DNA from: Anaerolineales bacterium
Lineage (GTDB): Bacteria > Chloroflexota > Anaerolineae > Anaerolineales > UBA11657
NCBI GenBank assembly: GCA_022450585.1
Contig: JAKUPR010000007.1
Location: 1 to 58,524 of the forward strand
Length of the DNA: 58,524 bases
Reading direction: 5' to 3'
Numbering within the stretch: the first letter of the stretch is position 1; the number at the start of each line of letters is the position of its first letter. Both the position numbers and the translations under genes were made by a program. This document shows, piece by piece, positions 9,362 to 18,420 of this stretch. The notes below the pieces were generated by a model. It did not search any database. It saw only the letters and a program-made list of their open reading frames with translations, and was not told the origin of the DNA.

Positions 9362-9772
9362 TCAGTCGTTGGGCGCGAAAAACAGATTACGCCAAAGCAT
9401 CCAGTTTGGTGTCTGTGACTGGGGCATCTCGGAGTACGCTAGAGTATTGTTGGTGCTGGTGTCAAGAGCTGGGGTGATGACAACAAGGTGCGTTTCCTCG
9501 GGGCGACCATACTTCAGGTTTGTGCGTAGCGCACGCTCCACGAAGGCATCCGAAGAAACATAAGCCTGAGTAAGTTTTAGGTCTACCTGTGCCTGGTGTA
9601 GTGCTGTTACGGTGGCGACAAGCTGGCTTTCCTGTGCACGAATCGTATGACCCCTTTCCATCAAGCGACTGAAACTGGAAAGAAACCAGATGCCGGTTGC
9701 AATACCTACCATAATCAGTACTTGAGGTAGGGTTATTCTAAGCCCATTTCGTCTTTGTGTTACTGCTCTCAT
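9362..9772 (-). CDS. Septum formation initiator (FtsB/DivIC-like) protein
   Basis: Single TM helix, coiled coil, S.AFVE..LR..L....P.E pattern and a C-terminal NW..W..LFF. Confidence 0.65.
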   Translation of the reverse strand: MRAVTQRRNGLRITLPQVLIMVGIATGIWFLSSFSRLMERGHTIRAQESQLVATVTALHQAQVDLKLTQAYVSSDAFVERALRTNLKYGRPEETHLVVITPALDTSTNNTLAYSEMPQSQTPNWMLWRNLFFAPND

Positions 9773-9843
9773 CGTGTTTCCGTGACCAATGTCTCAGCAG
9801 GGGATTCTGTCAGGAGTGCCAGTTTTGGCCTGCGGCCTGTAAA

Positions 9844-9927
<84 letters not shown>

Positions 9928-10048
9928 CAGTCGCCCGAATTCTACTGAGTTTTATAGCGATGTCAACGCGATGTTGCAAGAGCTATGCCCATGTTTAGTA
10001 GTATCGCTGTATCCTCCCAGTGTTATAATCGCCGCCCACGGTATTGGT

Positions 10049-11326
10049 ATGTTTATTTTCAATGAAGCGATAGACCTTGTTAGCTCTCCGCCCGGTAGTG
10101 TCATCTACCATATAGTTTCCCTGTTTGCTCTCGAAGCTGGTCTAGCCATGGCACTAGGGCAGTATCGGCGTGATCGCGATTCCGGATTTGGGCGTCTGGC
10201 ATTGGCTGCTGGACTGGCGTTGTTAATGCGTCTGTCGCTTGCTGTCCTGGCTGGCCTAGGTGCTGCCGGAGTAGTTTACGATGACATGCTGCTTCCGCCG
10301 ATTGACCGTGCTGTTAGTCTTGTCACCCTTATGGTGCTTGGTTGGTCTTTGCTGTCTAGGAATGGAGACACATGGGCAGATGGGATATTGGTCGGCTCGC
10401 TAATTGTGGTGATTGTTGGCGTAGTAGTGGCGCTGATTTTGTGGCAGCCAGTGGGCCTGCTTGGCTCGGATTTCAACAATACACCCCATGATCTCTTGTG
10501 GGCTGCCCCTCAGGTCGGGGTGTTGCTGGCTTTTCTGACTTTGTTGGTCGTGCGTCGTTCCGAAGAGTGGGGTATGGTTCTTGGTTTTTTTGTGCTGCCT
10601 CTCTTAGCTACTCTGTATCATCTATGGTTTGCGTTGCGTGAGCCAGTATTGAGCGGGCATGTTTCAGCCTTCATGCGCATGTCAGATTTAGCAATGCTGC
10701 CCATGTTCGCGGTAGTTGTCTACCGGCGTGTACTACGTCAGGCTGTTGTGGTGGTGGAGAGTTACAATACTGGAGACTTTATACCTTTGCTCGAAAGTCC
10801 GGTGGATCCTGGACTTTCCCCAGATTTGGCTTGTGCTTTGGCGAGTATAGGTTTGGAAGTGGACCAGACTTCTGCGATTGAAGCGGTATCCCGCGGGGTT
10901 GGTCAGGCGCTGGGGGCAGAAATAGCCTTGCTGTGGGAGTTCGTTCCTGGTGATGAGTCGGTGACTTGTCTAGGTGGTTACGATCTTACGAGACAGAAAC
11001 GGATCGTAGGGTTTACTTTGAATTCTAATCAATCGGAAGGAGTTCGTACAACTATTCAAAAGAACCGGGCGCAGCAGCTGCGTCCGGCTGCGAATGGAGA
11101 AGAGTTGCGGTTACTGGCTGATCAGGTTGGGCTGCACATTGTCGGTCCGGCGTTAATTGCTCCGCTACCTTCTGATATGGATGTTAGTCTTGCTGTAATG
11201 GTGTTTTCGCCTGACGCTTTGTCAGATTGGAGAGATGACGACGATCAACTGTTGCTAGCTCTGACTGGTCCAGTAGCGCGGGCGTTGCGCAACACGGTCG
11301 GAGATGGCGGACTAGAAATTGGCTAG
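10049..11326 (+). CDS. Multi-pass membrane protein with C-terminal GAF domain and no output domain
   Basis: About 7 hydrophobic segments, then GAF-like ALLWE...LIAPL...W.DDD.QLL.AL. A TGtTATAAT at 10021 supports ATG 10049. Confidence 0.65.
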   Translation: MFIFNEAIDLVSSPPGSVIYHIVSLFALEAGLAMALGQYRRDRDSGFGRLALAAGLALLMRLSLAVLAGLGAAGVVYDDMLLPPIDRAVSLVTLMVLGWSLLSRNGDTWADGILVGSLIVVIVGVVVALILWQPVGLLGSDFNNTPHDLLWAAPQVGVLLAFLTLLVVRRSEEWGMVLGFFVLPLLATLYHLWFALREPVLSGHVSAFMRMSDLAMLPMFAVVVYRRVLRQAVVVVESYNTGDFIPLLESPVDPGLSPDLACALASIGLEVDQTSAIEAVSRGVGQALGAEIALLWEFVPGDESVTCLGGYDLTRQKRIVGFTLNSNQSEGVRTTIQKNRAQQLRPAANGEELRLLADQVGLHIVGPALIAPLPSDMDVSLAVMVFSPDALSDWRDDDDQLLLALTGPVARALRNTVGDGGLEIG

Positions 11327-11430
11327 ATAACAATGCGATTTCAAGAAAAACGTTGTGCTACGGGTGAACGTGACTGGCTAAGAGAGTGATTGGCAGTACT
11401 CGGAGATCTGGGATTAAAATCTAAGGAATT

Positions 11431-13434
11431 ATGTCTGTATTGCGCATTACGATCCTGTTGTTAGTGAATCTAGCATTGTATGCTTTTCTAGTCTCTAGAT
11501 TACTAGGCTGGCGATTGCCTGGATGGGGGTTAGCTACCTTACGCCAACGACTTCTCTCTGGGGGTATGGCGCTCGCGCTGACGGCTGCAATATTGATTGG
11601 TGCCATTACTATTCTCACCAGTGGTCTGGTGAGTGAGGCCGACAGTGTGCGTATATTGCGCAATGCTCTATGGGTTGACGCCGCAGTAATATTGCTGCTG
11701 GTGATACTCTGGGTATTACCGCGCTTGCCGTTGACTAAGTTGCTATCGGAGAGAGTCTCCCGGCGAGTGTTTGTTCTTGTGTTGGCGTTGGCACTTGCGT
11801 CTGGAGTTGCTCTCTTGATATTTATGCTGCTCAATAGCGGCTTTGGTAATACACGTTTGTTGCGTGGTTTCTTGTGGATGGACGGAATACTGATTCTCTT
11901 ATTGTTATTCCTTTGGGGGGTGCCACGTGTGTCTTGGCCAGCATTCGGGTCTCAGACTAAGCGCCAGAGGGCTCTCTCTGTTGCGCTTGCACTTGCGCTA
12001 TCGGCTGCAGCGGTTCTTGGAGGGATTGCGCTTATTGCCAGCGGATCAGTCAATGCTGCAACGAGCAGGCTCCTACTGCGCATTGCTCTATTTGTCGATG
12101 CTGGTATGTTCATGATGTTGTTGGCGCTTTGGATTTTTCCTAGGTTGCCGTGGCCGGTTTACGGTCAGAAACAGGTTAGGCCTCAGGGTGAATGGCGTAA
12201 GGCTCTGGGTGGCTTGGCCGTTGCGGGTATGATAGTAGCTACTATTGTGAGCGGGTTTATTCTTGCATATGGCGAGACTGGCTCACTTGATCAGCCTGAG
12301 GTTGTGGAACCGTATGGGTCAAAATCCTCTACCCTTTCAGTGGTAGCTGTTGCTGATACTGTTGTTCCGCCGACAGCTACCAATAGACTGCCCAAGTCGA
12401 CCGTGACGGCGACGGTTACAAATATTCCGACGATTGGCATAACCATCATACCGACTGCGACGCCTGCTCCAGTGTCTAATAGAGTGCCTACCAATGCAAA
12501 CAGTCCTACTTCAACGATTTCTCTCCAACCCACTTCAACACCCAAGTTGACCTCCACACTTGTGCTAACTGCCACTATGAACCCGACGGCGACGGAGGTC
12601 ATTTCCCCAACTCATTGTGTACCTGGCTTCAGTGGTTGGGCAGAATATGTCGTGGAGTATGGCGATACTCTTGTTGGTCTGGCTAACCAGGTAGGTAAGA
12701 GTAGAGAGGAATTATTGCGGGTAAACTGTCTTACAGACGATCAACTCAATGTCGGTCAGACTATACTGATTCCAGAGACCGAAACAGTAATTGATGGAAT
12801 GGTGCAGGCTTGGCAGAAGGAGGTGCCGCCTGTGATAGAGGGAGATTTGAGCGATTGGGGTGTACTGGAAAATACGGCAGACTCGGTAGTATATGGAGCT
12901 GACAATTGGAGCGGTGTGAGCGACCTTGGCGCCAATTTCTCGTTGGGGTGGGATGCAGCCAACCTGTATCTTGCAGTTTTGGTGCAGGATGATGTGTACT
13001 CCCAGACGCAGAAAGATGAGACTATTTTCAGGGGCGACAGTGTAGAGTTTTTGCTCGATGTTGCTCTGCAGGATGATGGACAGCATGAGAAACTGAGCGA
13101 CGACGATTACCAGATTGGTCTGTCTGGAGGGGATTTGAGAGATGAGACAGTTTTGCCTCAGGCGTATATGTGGTTCCCGGTTGGTCAGGCTGGATCTCTC
13201 TCCGGAGTGCAAGTTGCCGTTCGACTCTCTGCAGATGGTTACGTTTTAGAGGCTGCTATTCCCTGGGGTGCGTTGGAGGTTCAACCCGTGATAGGGAATG
13301 AGTACGGTTTTGCTCTCTCGGTTAGTGACAATGACCTTTCTGAGGTTGCTGTGCAGCAGAGTATGGTTTCCAGTTCTTCTGGTCGCTTACTTACTGATCC
13401 GACCACTTGGGGCATTCTGCGTCTTGAGCCGTGA
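11431..13434 (+). CDS. Membrane protein: repeated TM units, Pro/Thr linker, LysM and CBM9/DOMON-like sugar-binding domain
   Basis: Three LW.D....LL..LW..PR repeats; PTAT-rich linker; YVVEYGDTL..LA...L..VN.L....L.VGQTILIP (LysM); P.IEGDLSDW, W...NLYLAV.V.DD, GD.VE, Y.LEA.IPW (CBM9-like). Confidence 0.75.
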   Translation: MSVLRITILLLVNLALYAFLVSRLLGWRLPGWGLATLRQRLLSGGMALALTAAILIGAITILTSGLVSEADSVRILRNALWVDAAVILLLVILWVLPRLPLTKLLSERVSRRVFVLVLALALASGVALLIFMLLNSGFGNTRLLRGFLWMDGILILLLLFLWGVPRVSWPAFGSQTKRQRALSVALALALSAAAVLGGIALIASGSVNAATSRLLLRIALFVDAGMFMMLLALWIFPRLPWPVYGQKQVRPQGEWRKALGGLAVAGMIVATIVSGFILAYGETGSLDQPEVVEPYGSKSSTLSVVAVADTVVPPTATNRLPKSTVTATVTNIPTIGITIIPTATPAPVSNRVPTNANSPTSTISLQPTSTPKLTSTLVLTATMNPTATEVISPTHCVPGFSGWAEYVVEYGDTLVGLANQVGKSREELLRVNCLTDDQLNVGQTILIPETETVIDGMVQAWQKEVPPVIEGDLSDWGVLENTADSVVYGADNWSGVSDLGANFSLGWDAANLYLAVLVQDDVYSQTQKDETIFRGDSVEFLLDVALQDDGQHEKLSDDDYQIGLSGGDLRDETVLPQAYMWFPVGQAGSLSGVQVAVRLSADGYVLEAAIPWGALEVQPVIGNEYGFALSVSDNDLSEVAVQQSMVSSSSGRLLTDPTTWGILRLEP

Positions 13435-13480
13435 TAATGCTGCCGTTGAGTCCAAGAAAGAAAAAACATGCTAAATACAC

Positions 13481-13509
13481 TTGCGTCTGCGCGGCTTTGA
13501 TGCTATCTT
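13481..13509 (+). promoter_or_regulatory. sigma70-type promoter for the recombinase-like gene
   Basis: TTGCGT, 17 nt, TATCTT with extended -10 TG. Supports ATG 13535 over the track start at 13481. Confidence 0.5.
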
Positions 13510-13534
13510 GCCCTTGGAAAAATCCATTTTGTCC

Positions 13535-14539
13535 ATGAGCCAACAGCTTTCGCTTTTTGACCCTGATAGACCGCCTCAGTCGTCAGAGGTGACTTCACCC
13601 GATAGTCGCACTGCGACTAATTCGCTTGCCCAAATTGTGGCGATTAAAGACCCAGCGCTAGACTCCGTGAAATTGACGGCTAACGCTCCTATTTCAGCGG
13701 CGTTGTCTATGTGGATGGAAAGTCGTCGTCGTGCGGGTTTGTCGGAAAACACGATAAAGAATTATCGCATTGATATACAGCTATTGGCGGAATATGCGGG
13801 AGCGGGGGCATCAGTGGGTGAGTTTACCACCCAAACGCTAAATGATTACTTGGAATGGATGCGTCATAAGCGGAGAGTGCCGTGCTCAAGCAAAACGCTA
13901 GACCGGCGCATAACGTCTCTCAAGTCATTTTTTCGGTGGCTGACACCAGCAGCAGCGCTATCAGTTAACCCGGCGGAGGCAGTGGTTAATGTATCCGTAC
14001 GTAGTCCTCTGCCCGTGGTGCTTACGGAGTTGGAGGTTTCTCAGGCACAACATGCAGCGCGGCAGTTGCTTCAGGGCAAGAAAAAGGCGGATATGCGACC
14101 GCACATATTGCTCACATTTTTGCTGCATACGGGTCTGCGTAAAGGAGAAACAGCGCGTTTAGTTACCAATCATCTTGCGTTAGAAAATCCCAAACATCCG
14201 CATCTGTATGTACGATACGCGGATAAGCGACATCGCCACAAAGAACGGAAGGTCGAATTGGACCCGCAATGGGTACGGGACTATCGCAAATATGCCCAAC
14301 ACTACCAGATATCTGAGCGTGTTTTTCCCTGGTCTGTTCGACTGTTGGAATATCGTCTGGAGGACATTACCGTTGCGGCTGGTCTCAAAAAACATATCTC
14401 CTTTGAAATGTTGCGCTGGACATGTGCCCTGCGGGACTTCCGCGACGGTCTCGAATCTGAGAAGCTTCGACGTAAACTTGGTTTGTCTAAAGTCCAGTGG
14501 GGAGAAATGAGACGAAAAATACGTCGACTGATGGAATGA
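13535..14539 (+). CDS. Tyrosine recombinase/XerC-like fold protein, predicted catalytically inactive
   Basis: Core-binding domain (LSENTIKNY..D, TL.RR..SLKSFF.WL, NPA) and HTGLR.GE are present, but HxLR is EMLR, LGH is LGL and there is no C-terminal Tyr. Confidence 0.85.
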   Translation: MSQQLSLFDPDRPPQSSEVTSPDSRTATNSLAQIVAIKDPALDSVKLTANAPISAALSMWMESRRRAGLSENTIKNYRIDIQLLAEYAGAGASVGEFTTQTLNDYLEWMRHKRRVPCSSKTLDRRITSLKSFFRWLTPAAALSVNPAEAVVNVSVRSPLPVVLTELEVSQAQHAARQLLQGKKKADMRPHILLTFLLHTGLRKGETARLVTNHLALENPKHPHLYVRYADKRHRHKERKVELDPQWVRDYRKYAQHYQISERVFPWSVRLLEYRLEDITVAAGLKKHISFEMLRWTCALRDFRDGLESEKLRRKLGLSKVQWGEMRRKIRRLME

Positions 14540-14655
14540 TTATAGGTTTAATGTCTGCAGTTTATTGATGTATGGAATATCTTTGCAAGTAGTGGCAGTA
14601 TTTCTGGATGATAATATGACTGCGTATACTCCGGTTAGTAAGTGAGGCAATCTAG

Positions 14656-15795
14656 ATGAAGTCATATGGCATTACGACTATCAGTGAGTTTTTAGATGAT
14701 CGAGTTGTCTTCCGTAATCTGAAACCACTGGATCGACGTCTACCTGATTTGGATATGTTGCGTGAAAGGGTCGGGATGACACCGGGTCGTGTGCCGCGTA
14801 AGACCGAACCTGATTATGCTCGAGTGATTGTGCATATGCTGCAGGCAGCGCAGGATGTGGACATGTGTCAGGACAAAATAGAGAGGTTGGTTCTTGTCGG
14901 TGACACGCGCTTTAATGATGGCACTGCCTTTGCAAATATATGCGATGCTAGCGGTTGGATTGGGCGGGCGTTTATTGGATCAGAGAATCTAGGACGGCCT
15001 GAAAAGATGGAACAAACTTATACTGAAAATGGCCATGAACTGAATCTAGGAAATCGCTGGTCATCTTTAGCGGATTTTGATAGTTCCTGTAGGGAACAAG
15101 GCTTTGCGATTTCGGCGGGATGTGCAGTCATTGTTGATGTTGACAAAACTGCTCTCGGAGCGCGTGGGCGCAATGCGCACCTAATTGACCGTGCTCGTGT
15201 ACAAGCAGTAGCTGACACTGTGGAGAATGTGTTTGGTCAGGACTTTGACCAAGAGGCTTTTCGCACGGCATATGATTTACTAAATCAGGTGGAGTACCAT
15301 TTTTTTACAGCGGACAATCAAGATTATTTGGCATACATTTGCCTGATTCTTGGGAGTGGAATGTACACGCTTGATCAAGTGGTTGCGGATTTGAATTGTG
15401 GACGGCTCCATACATTTGGGCAGTTTATTGAAAATGTAGATAAGTATGCCGATGATCTGGCGACCGATCTGTTTTCCATACACGGCGATATTTATTCCAA
15501 AGTGCTTTCTGGCGATCCTACTCCATTCAAGGCGTTTCGTTATAACGAATACCTTACTACCGTTGGGTGTATGGGTCAGTCTAATGGAAAGGTTTCGATG
15601 TCTTGGTTGCTGGATAATGAAATAGTCATCACCCAGGAAGTGCGCGAAATGGTTTTGAGATGGAAGGAGCGTGGCGCCTTGATTTTCGGATTGTCTGACA
15701 AGCCTGATGAAGCTTCTTTGCCTTCAACTGAGCTCCAGGAGAAGGGATTTCTCCCATTACACCGTGTGCCGGCCTGGTCCGTAGGTACGGACTAA
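14656..15795 (+). CDS. Hypothetical protein, probable HAD-superfamily fold with permuted motif order
   Basis: Long clean ORF with SD gagg. Motifs VGDTRFND, VIVDVDKT and GALIFGLSDKP. Confidence 0.7.
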   Translation: MKSYGITTISEFLDDRVVFRNLKPLDRRLPDLDMLRERVGMTPGRVPRKTEPDYARVIVHMLQAAQDVDMCQDKIERLVLVGDTRFNDGTAFANICDASGWIGRAFIGSENLGRPEKMEQTYTENGHELNLGNRWSSLADFDSSCREQGFAISAGCAVIVDVDKTALGARGRNAHLIDRARVQAVADTVENVFGQDFDQEAFRTAYDLLNQVEYHFFTADNQDYLAYICLILGSGMYTLDQVVADLNCGRLHTFGQFIENVDKYADDLATDLFSIHGDIYSKVLSGDPTPFKAFRYNEYLTTVGCMGQSNGKVSMSWLLDNEIVITQEVREMVLRWKERGALIFGLSDKPDEASLPSTELQEKGFLPLHRVPAWSVGTD

Positions 15796-16532
15796 TAAAT
15801 CATCTTGCCGTTCACAAAGGCTTCTACACGCTTATCTCTAGGCGTTTGGAAGAAAGTCTCTGTCTGTGCCACTTCAATCAGTTTTCCTTCCAGTAGCAAC
15901 GCGCACCGCTGTGCCAGACGCCGCGCTTGAAAAATATTATGTGTCACAATTATTATTGTCGCTGCGTGGACTTGGTGATGCTCGCTTATTAATGACTCAA
16001 TTAAGCCAACGTCATGTGGGTCTAGGTTTGCCGTAGGCTCATCCAACAACAGGACTTCTGGTTCAAGAACCAATGCGCGTGCAAGTGCTACCCGTTGGCG
16101 TTCCCCGCCAGAGAGTGTTCGAGTGCCGCTCTCTGCAAGATTGGTGATTCCCACTCTTTCCAGCGTGCGCCAAACCTGCTTCTTGGTGGGTTTTCCACCG
16201 CGTAAGCGCAACCCAAAGGCTACATTTGCTTGCACTGAACGGTTGAGTAATTGCGGGTTCTGAAAGACTGTTGTTACCTTGCGGCGCGTGGCTAGCGATG
16301 GATTGGCAGGTATCAGGCGCCCAGAAAAATACAATTTGCCCGAGTTAGCGGGTTCAATGAAATTAAGCAAACGCAGCAATGTGGATTTTCCGGACCCACT
16401 TGGGCCGACGATTGCGAGAATCTCTCCCCGTTGGACGGAGAGAGAACCAATGTGCAGGACAGTACGGTCATCGTAATCCTTACGGAGTGACCGCATGCGG
16501 TAAATCTTGGTGTACTCAGCGCCGCTGTTCAT
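15792..16532 (-). CDS. tupC: Tungstate ABC transporter ATP-binding protein
   Basis: GPSGSGKST Walker A, LSGGE, LLLDEPT, H-loop. Follows tupB. Start uncertain (16532 vs 16568). Confidence 0.85.
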   Translation of the reverse strand: MNSGAEYTKIYRMRSLRKDYDDRTVLHIGSLSVQRGEILAIVGPSGSGKSTLLRLLNFIEPANSGKLYFSGRLIPANPSLATRRKVTTVFQNPQLLNRSVQANVAFGLRLRGGKPTKKQVWRTLERVGITNLAESGTRTLSGGERQRVALARALVLEPEVLLLDEPTANLDPHDVGLIESLISEHHQVHAATIIIVTHNIFQARRLAQRCALLLEGKLIEVAQTETFFQTPRDKRVEAFVNGKMIY

Positions 16533-17220
16533 TCCAGTTTCCAAACCGAAGCAAGGCGATGTTAGCAATGAATGTCATAGTAAGCAAAATGAGTCCTAGA
16601 GCCAGTGCTAATGCGAATGCGCCTTTTCTTGTTTCCAGAACTATGGCCGTTGTGAGAACCCGAGTTTTCATTTCAATGTTACCACCTACTAGCATAACCG
16701 CACCGACTTCTGCCACAATACGTCCGTACGCAGCTGCGATGGCAGCTAACAACCCGAATCTTGTCTCAGATATGACGGTGATAATGGTCTGCCAGCGGGT
16801 GGCTCCCAGTGCGCGCAATTGTGGCTGTAGTTCTGGATGTGAATTTCTTACCGCAGCCATGGTGAGGCCAACAATCAAAGGGAGCGCGATGACGGTTTGG
16901 GCAAGAATCATCGCTGTGGGAGTGAACAGCCAGCTTAAATATCCAAGTGGTCCAGAACGTGAAAGCATCAAGAAGATAATCAGGCCAACGACTACAGGTG
17001 GCAATCCCATGCCAGTATATAAAGCTGCTAAAAGCAGGCCACGTGCAGGAATCTTGACTGCCATCCCAAGGCTCACACCTATCGGCAGCCCGATCATTGT
17101 ACTGACGGCTAATGATGAAAGGGTGACGCGCAGCGTCAGCATAACCGGGACTAGAACGGTCGGGTCTAAATCAAGCATTAGCTGTAAAGAATCTTCGAGA
17201 GCTTCAATCAGTATTTGCAT
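16516..17220 (-). CDS. tupB: Tungstate ABC transporter permease
   Basis: GLPPVVVGL...LSRSGPLG, EVGAVMLVGGNI..KTRVLTTAI.LET.KG. Confidence 0.9.
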   Translation of the reverse strand: MQILIEALEDSLQLMLDLDPTVLVPVMLTLRVTLSSLAVSTMIGLPIGVSLGMAVKIPARGLLLAALYTGMGLPPVVVGLIIFLMLSRSGPLGYLSWLFTPTAMILAQTVIALPLIVGLTMAAVRNSHPELQPQLRALGATRWQTIITVISETRFGLLAAIAAAYGRIVAEVGAVMLVGGNIEMKTRVLTTAIVLETRKGAFALALALGLILLTMTFIANIALLRFGNWNEQRR

Positions 17221-17441
17221 TGTCTAACGTACCATTATTTCATAACAAGATTGCATGCTCTTGCCTTCTCACTGATTATCTCTTTGCCACATTTGTTTTT
17301 GGTGGCGTGAAGTCAATCCAGTGATGCTCACTTGTGGTTTCTTGTGGGGTTACAATTGCCATTTCGCAGTAGGTTGCACAACATCGACTTGATTGTCTCA
17401 GTTTTTGACATGCGCGGTGCCTAGATTTGCAACCAAAGTCA

Positions 17442-18314
17442 TTATTGTGATTGTCTGTGCGTGTAAAAGAGTTGTTGTCCGAATTCCTCCACGCCGTAGC
17501 TGTTTATGTGTTCTCGTGTCTCCGCTGAAGTCAACCATTCGACGAATTGTAGAGCCAGTTGGTGCTTGATGCGATTATGCTTCTTTGAGTGCACAGGTAT
17601 TATTCCGTAAGGATTGTACAGGGTCGGATCGCTGTTATCCTTGATGCTCAGTCCTCCTACCATTAAATTAAGGAAGGGAAGATGTTCGGACTGAGACAGG
17701 TACGTACCCCGGTCTGTCAGGGTGTATGCATCGGTTTCGTTAGCGTAGTTAAGTGTTGCACCCATCCCCTGTCCGATCGAGTGATACCAACTCTCTGAAC
17801 TGGTCGGATATAAACCGGCTGCCCGCCATAAGGTCTTTTCCTTCACATATGTGCCGGAATCATCTCCACGGGATGCCCAGGGCGATTTGGTGGATGCTAT
17901 GATTGTCATAGCGTCAGTGGCTAAGCTAAGGTGGCGTATGTTGGCAGGATCATCGCGTGGTCCAACGATGATGAAATCATTGTACATTATGCTGTAACGT
18001 GCCGTGCCGTGGCCAGCGGCCACAAATTCTCTTTCCTGTTCGGGAGCGTGCACAAGAAGTACATCGGCATCGCCAGCTTTGCCGAGAGCAAGCGCTTGTC
18101 CTGTGCCCACGGCTACCACTTCCACTGTGGCGCCGGTGATAAACTCGAATTGAGGCAGAATAGCGTTTAGTAGGCCTGAGTTTTCCGTGCTGGTTGTTGT
18201 GGCAAGTCGCAGTATTTGCGACTCTTGTAAATGTTGAGATGGTCGACATCCGACTATAGCCGCAGTAATTAGCGTTAACGCCAACCAGAGAAGCGACCTG
18301 TGTTTTTTGACCAT
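17442..18314 (-). CDS. tupA: Tungstate ABC transporter substrate-binding lipoprotein
   Basis: Lipobox IVGC, LATTTST.NSGLL (TupA TTTS signature), VGTGQAL, SRGDDSGT, YTLTDRGT. Confidence 0.92.
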   Translation of the reverse strand: MVKKHRSLLWLALTLITAAIVGCRPSQHLQESQILRLATTTSTENSGLLNAILPQFEFITGATVEVVAVGTGQALALGKAGDADVLLVHAPEQEREFVAAGHGTARYSIMYNDFIIVGPRDDPANIRHLSLATDAMTIIASTKSPWASRGDDSGTYVKEKTLWRAAGLYPTSSESWYHSIGQGMGATLNYANETDAYTLTDRGTYLSQSEHLPFLNLMVGGLSIKDNSDPTLYNPYGIIPVHSKKHNRIKHQLALQFVEWLTSAETREHINSYGVEEFGQQLFYTHRQSQ

Positions 18315-18420
18315 TGGTTATTTTTTCATAACGAAATAACAACTGTTCGAACTGATTTCCTGTCCACAGGAGTTGCGGATGAGTACTGCCGACGCAAGAA
18401 TGTGGGTTGGCATCACCAAA

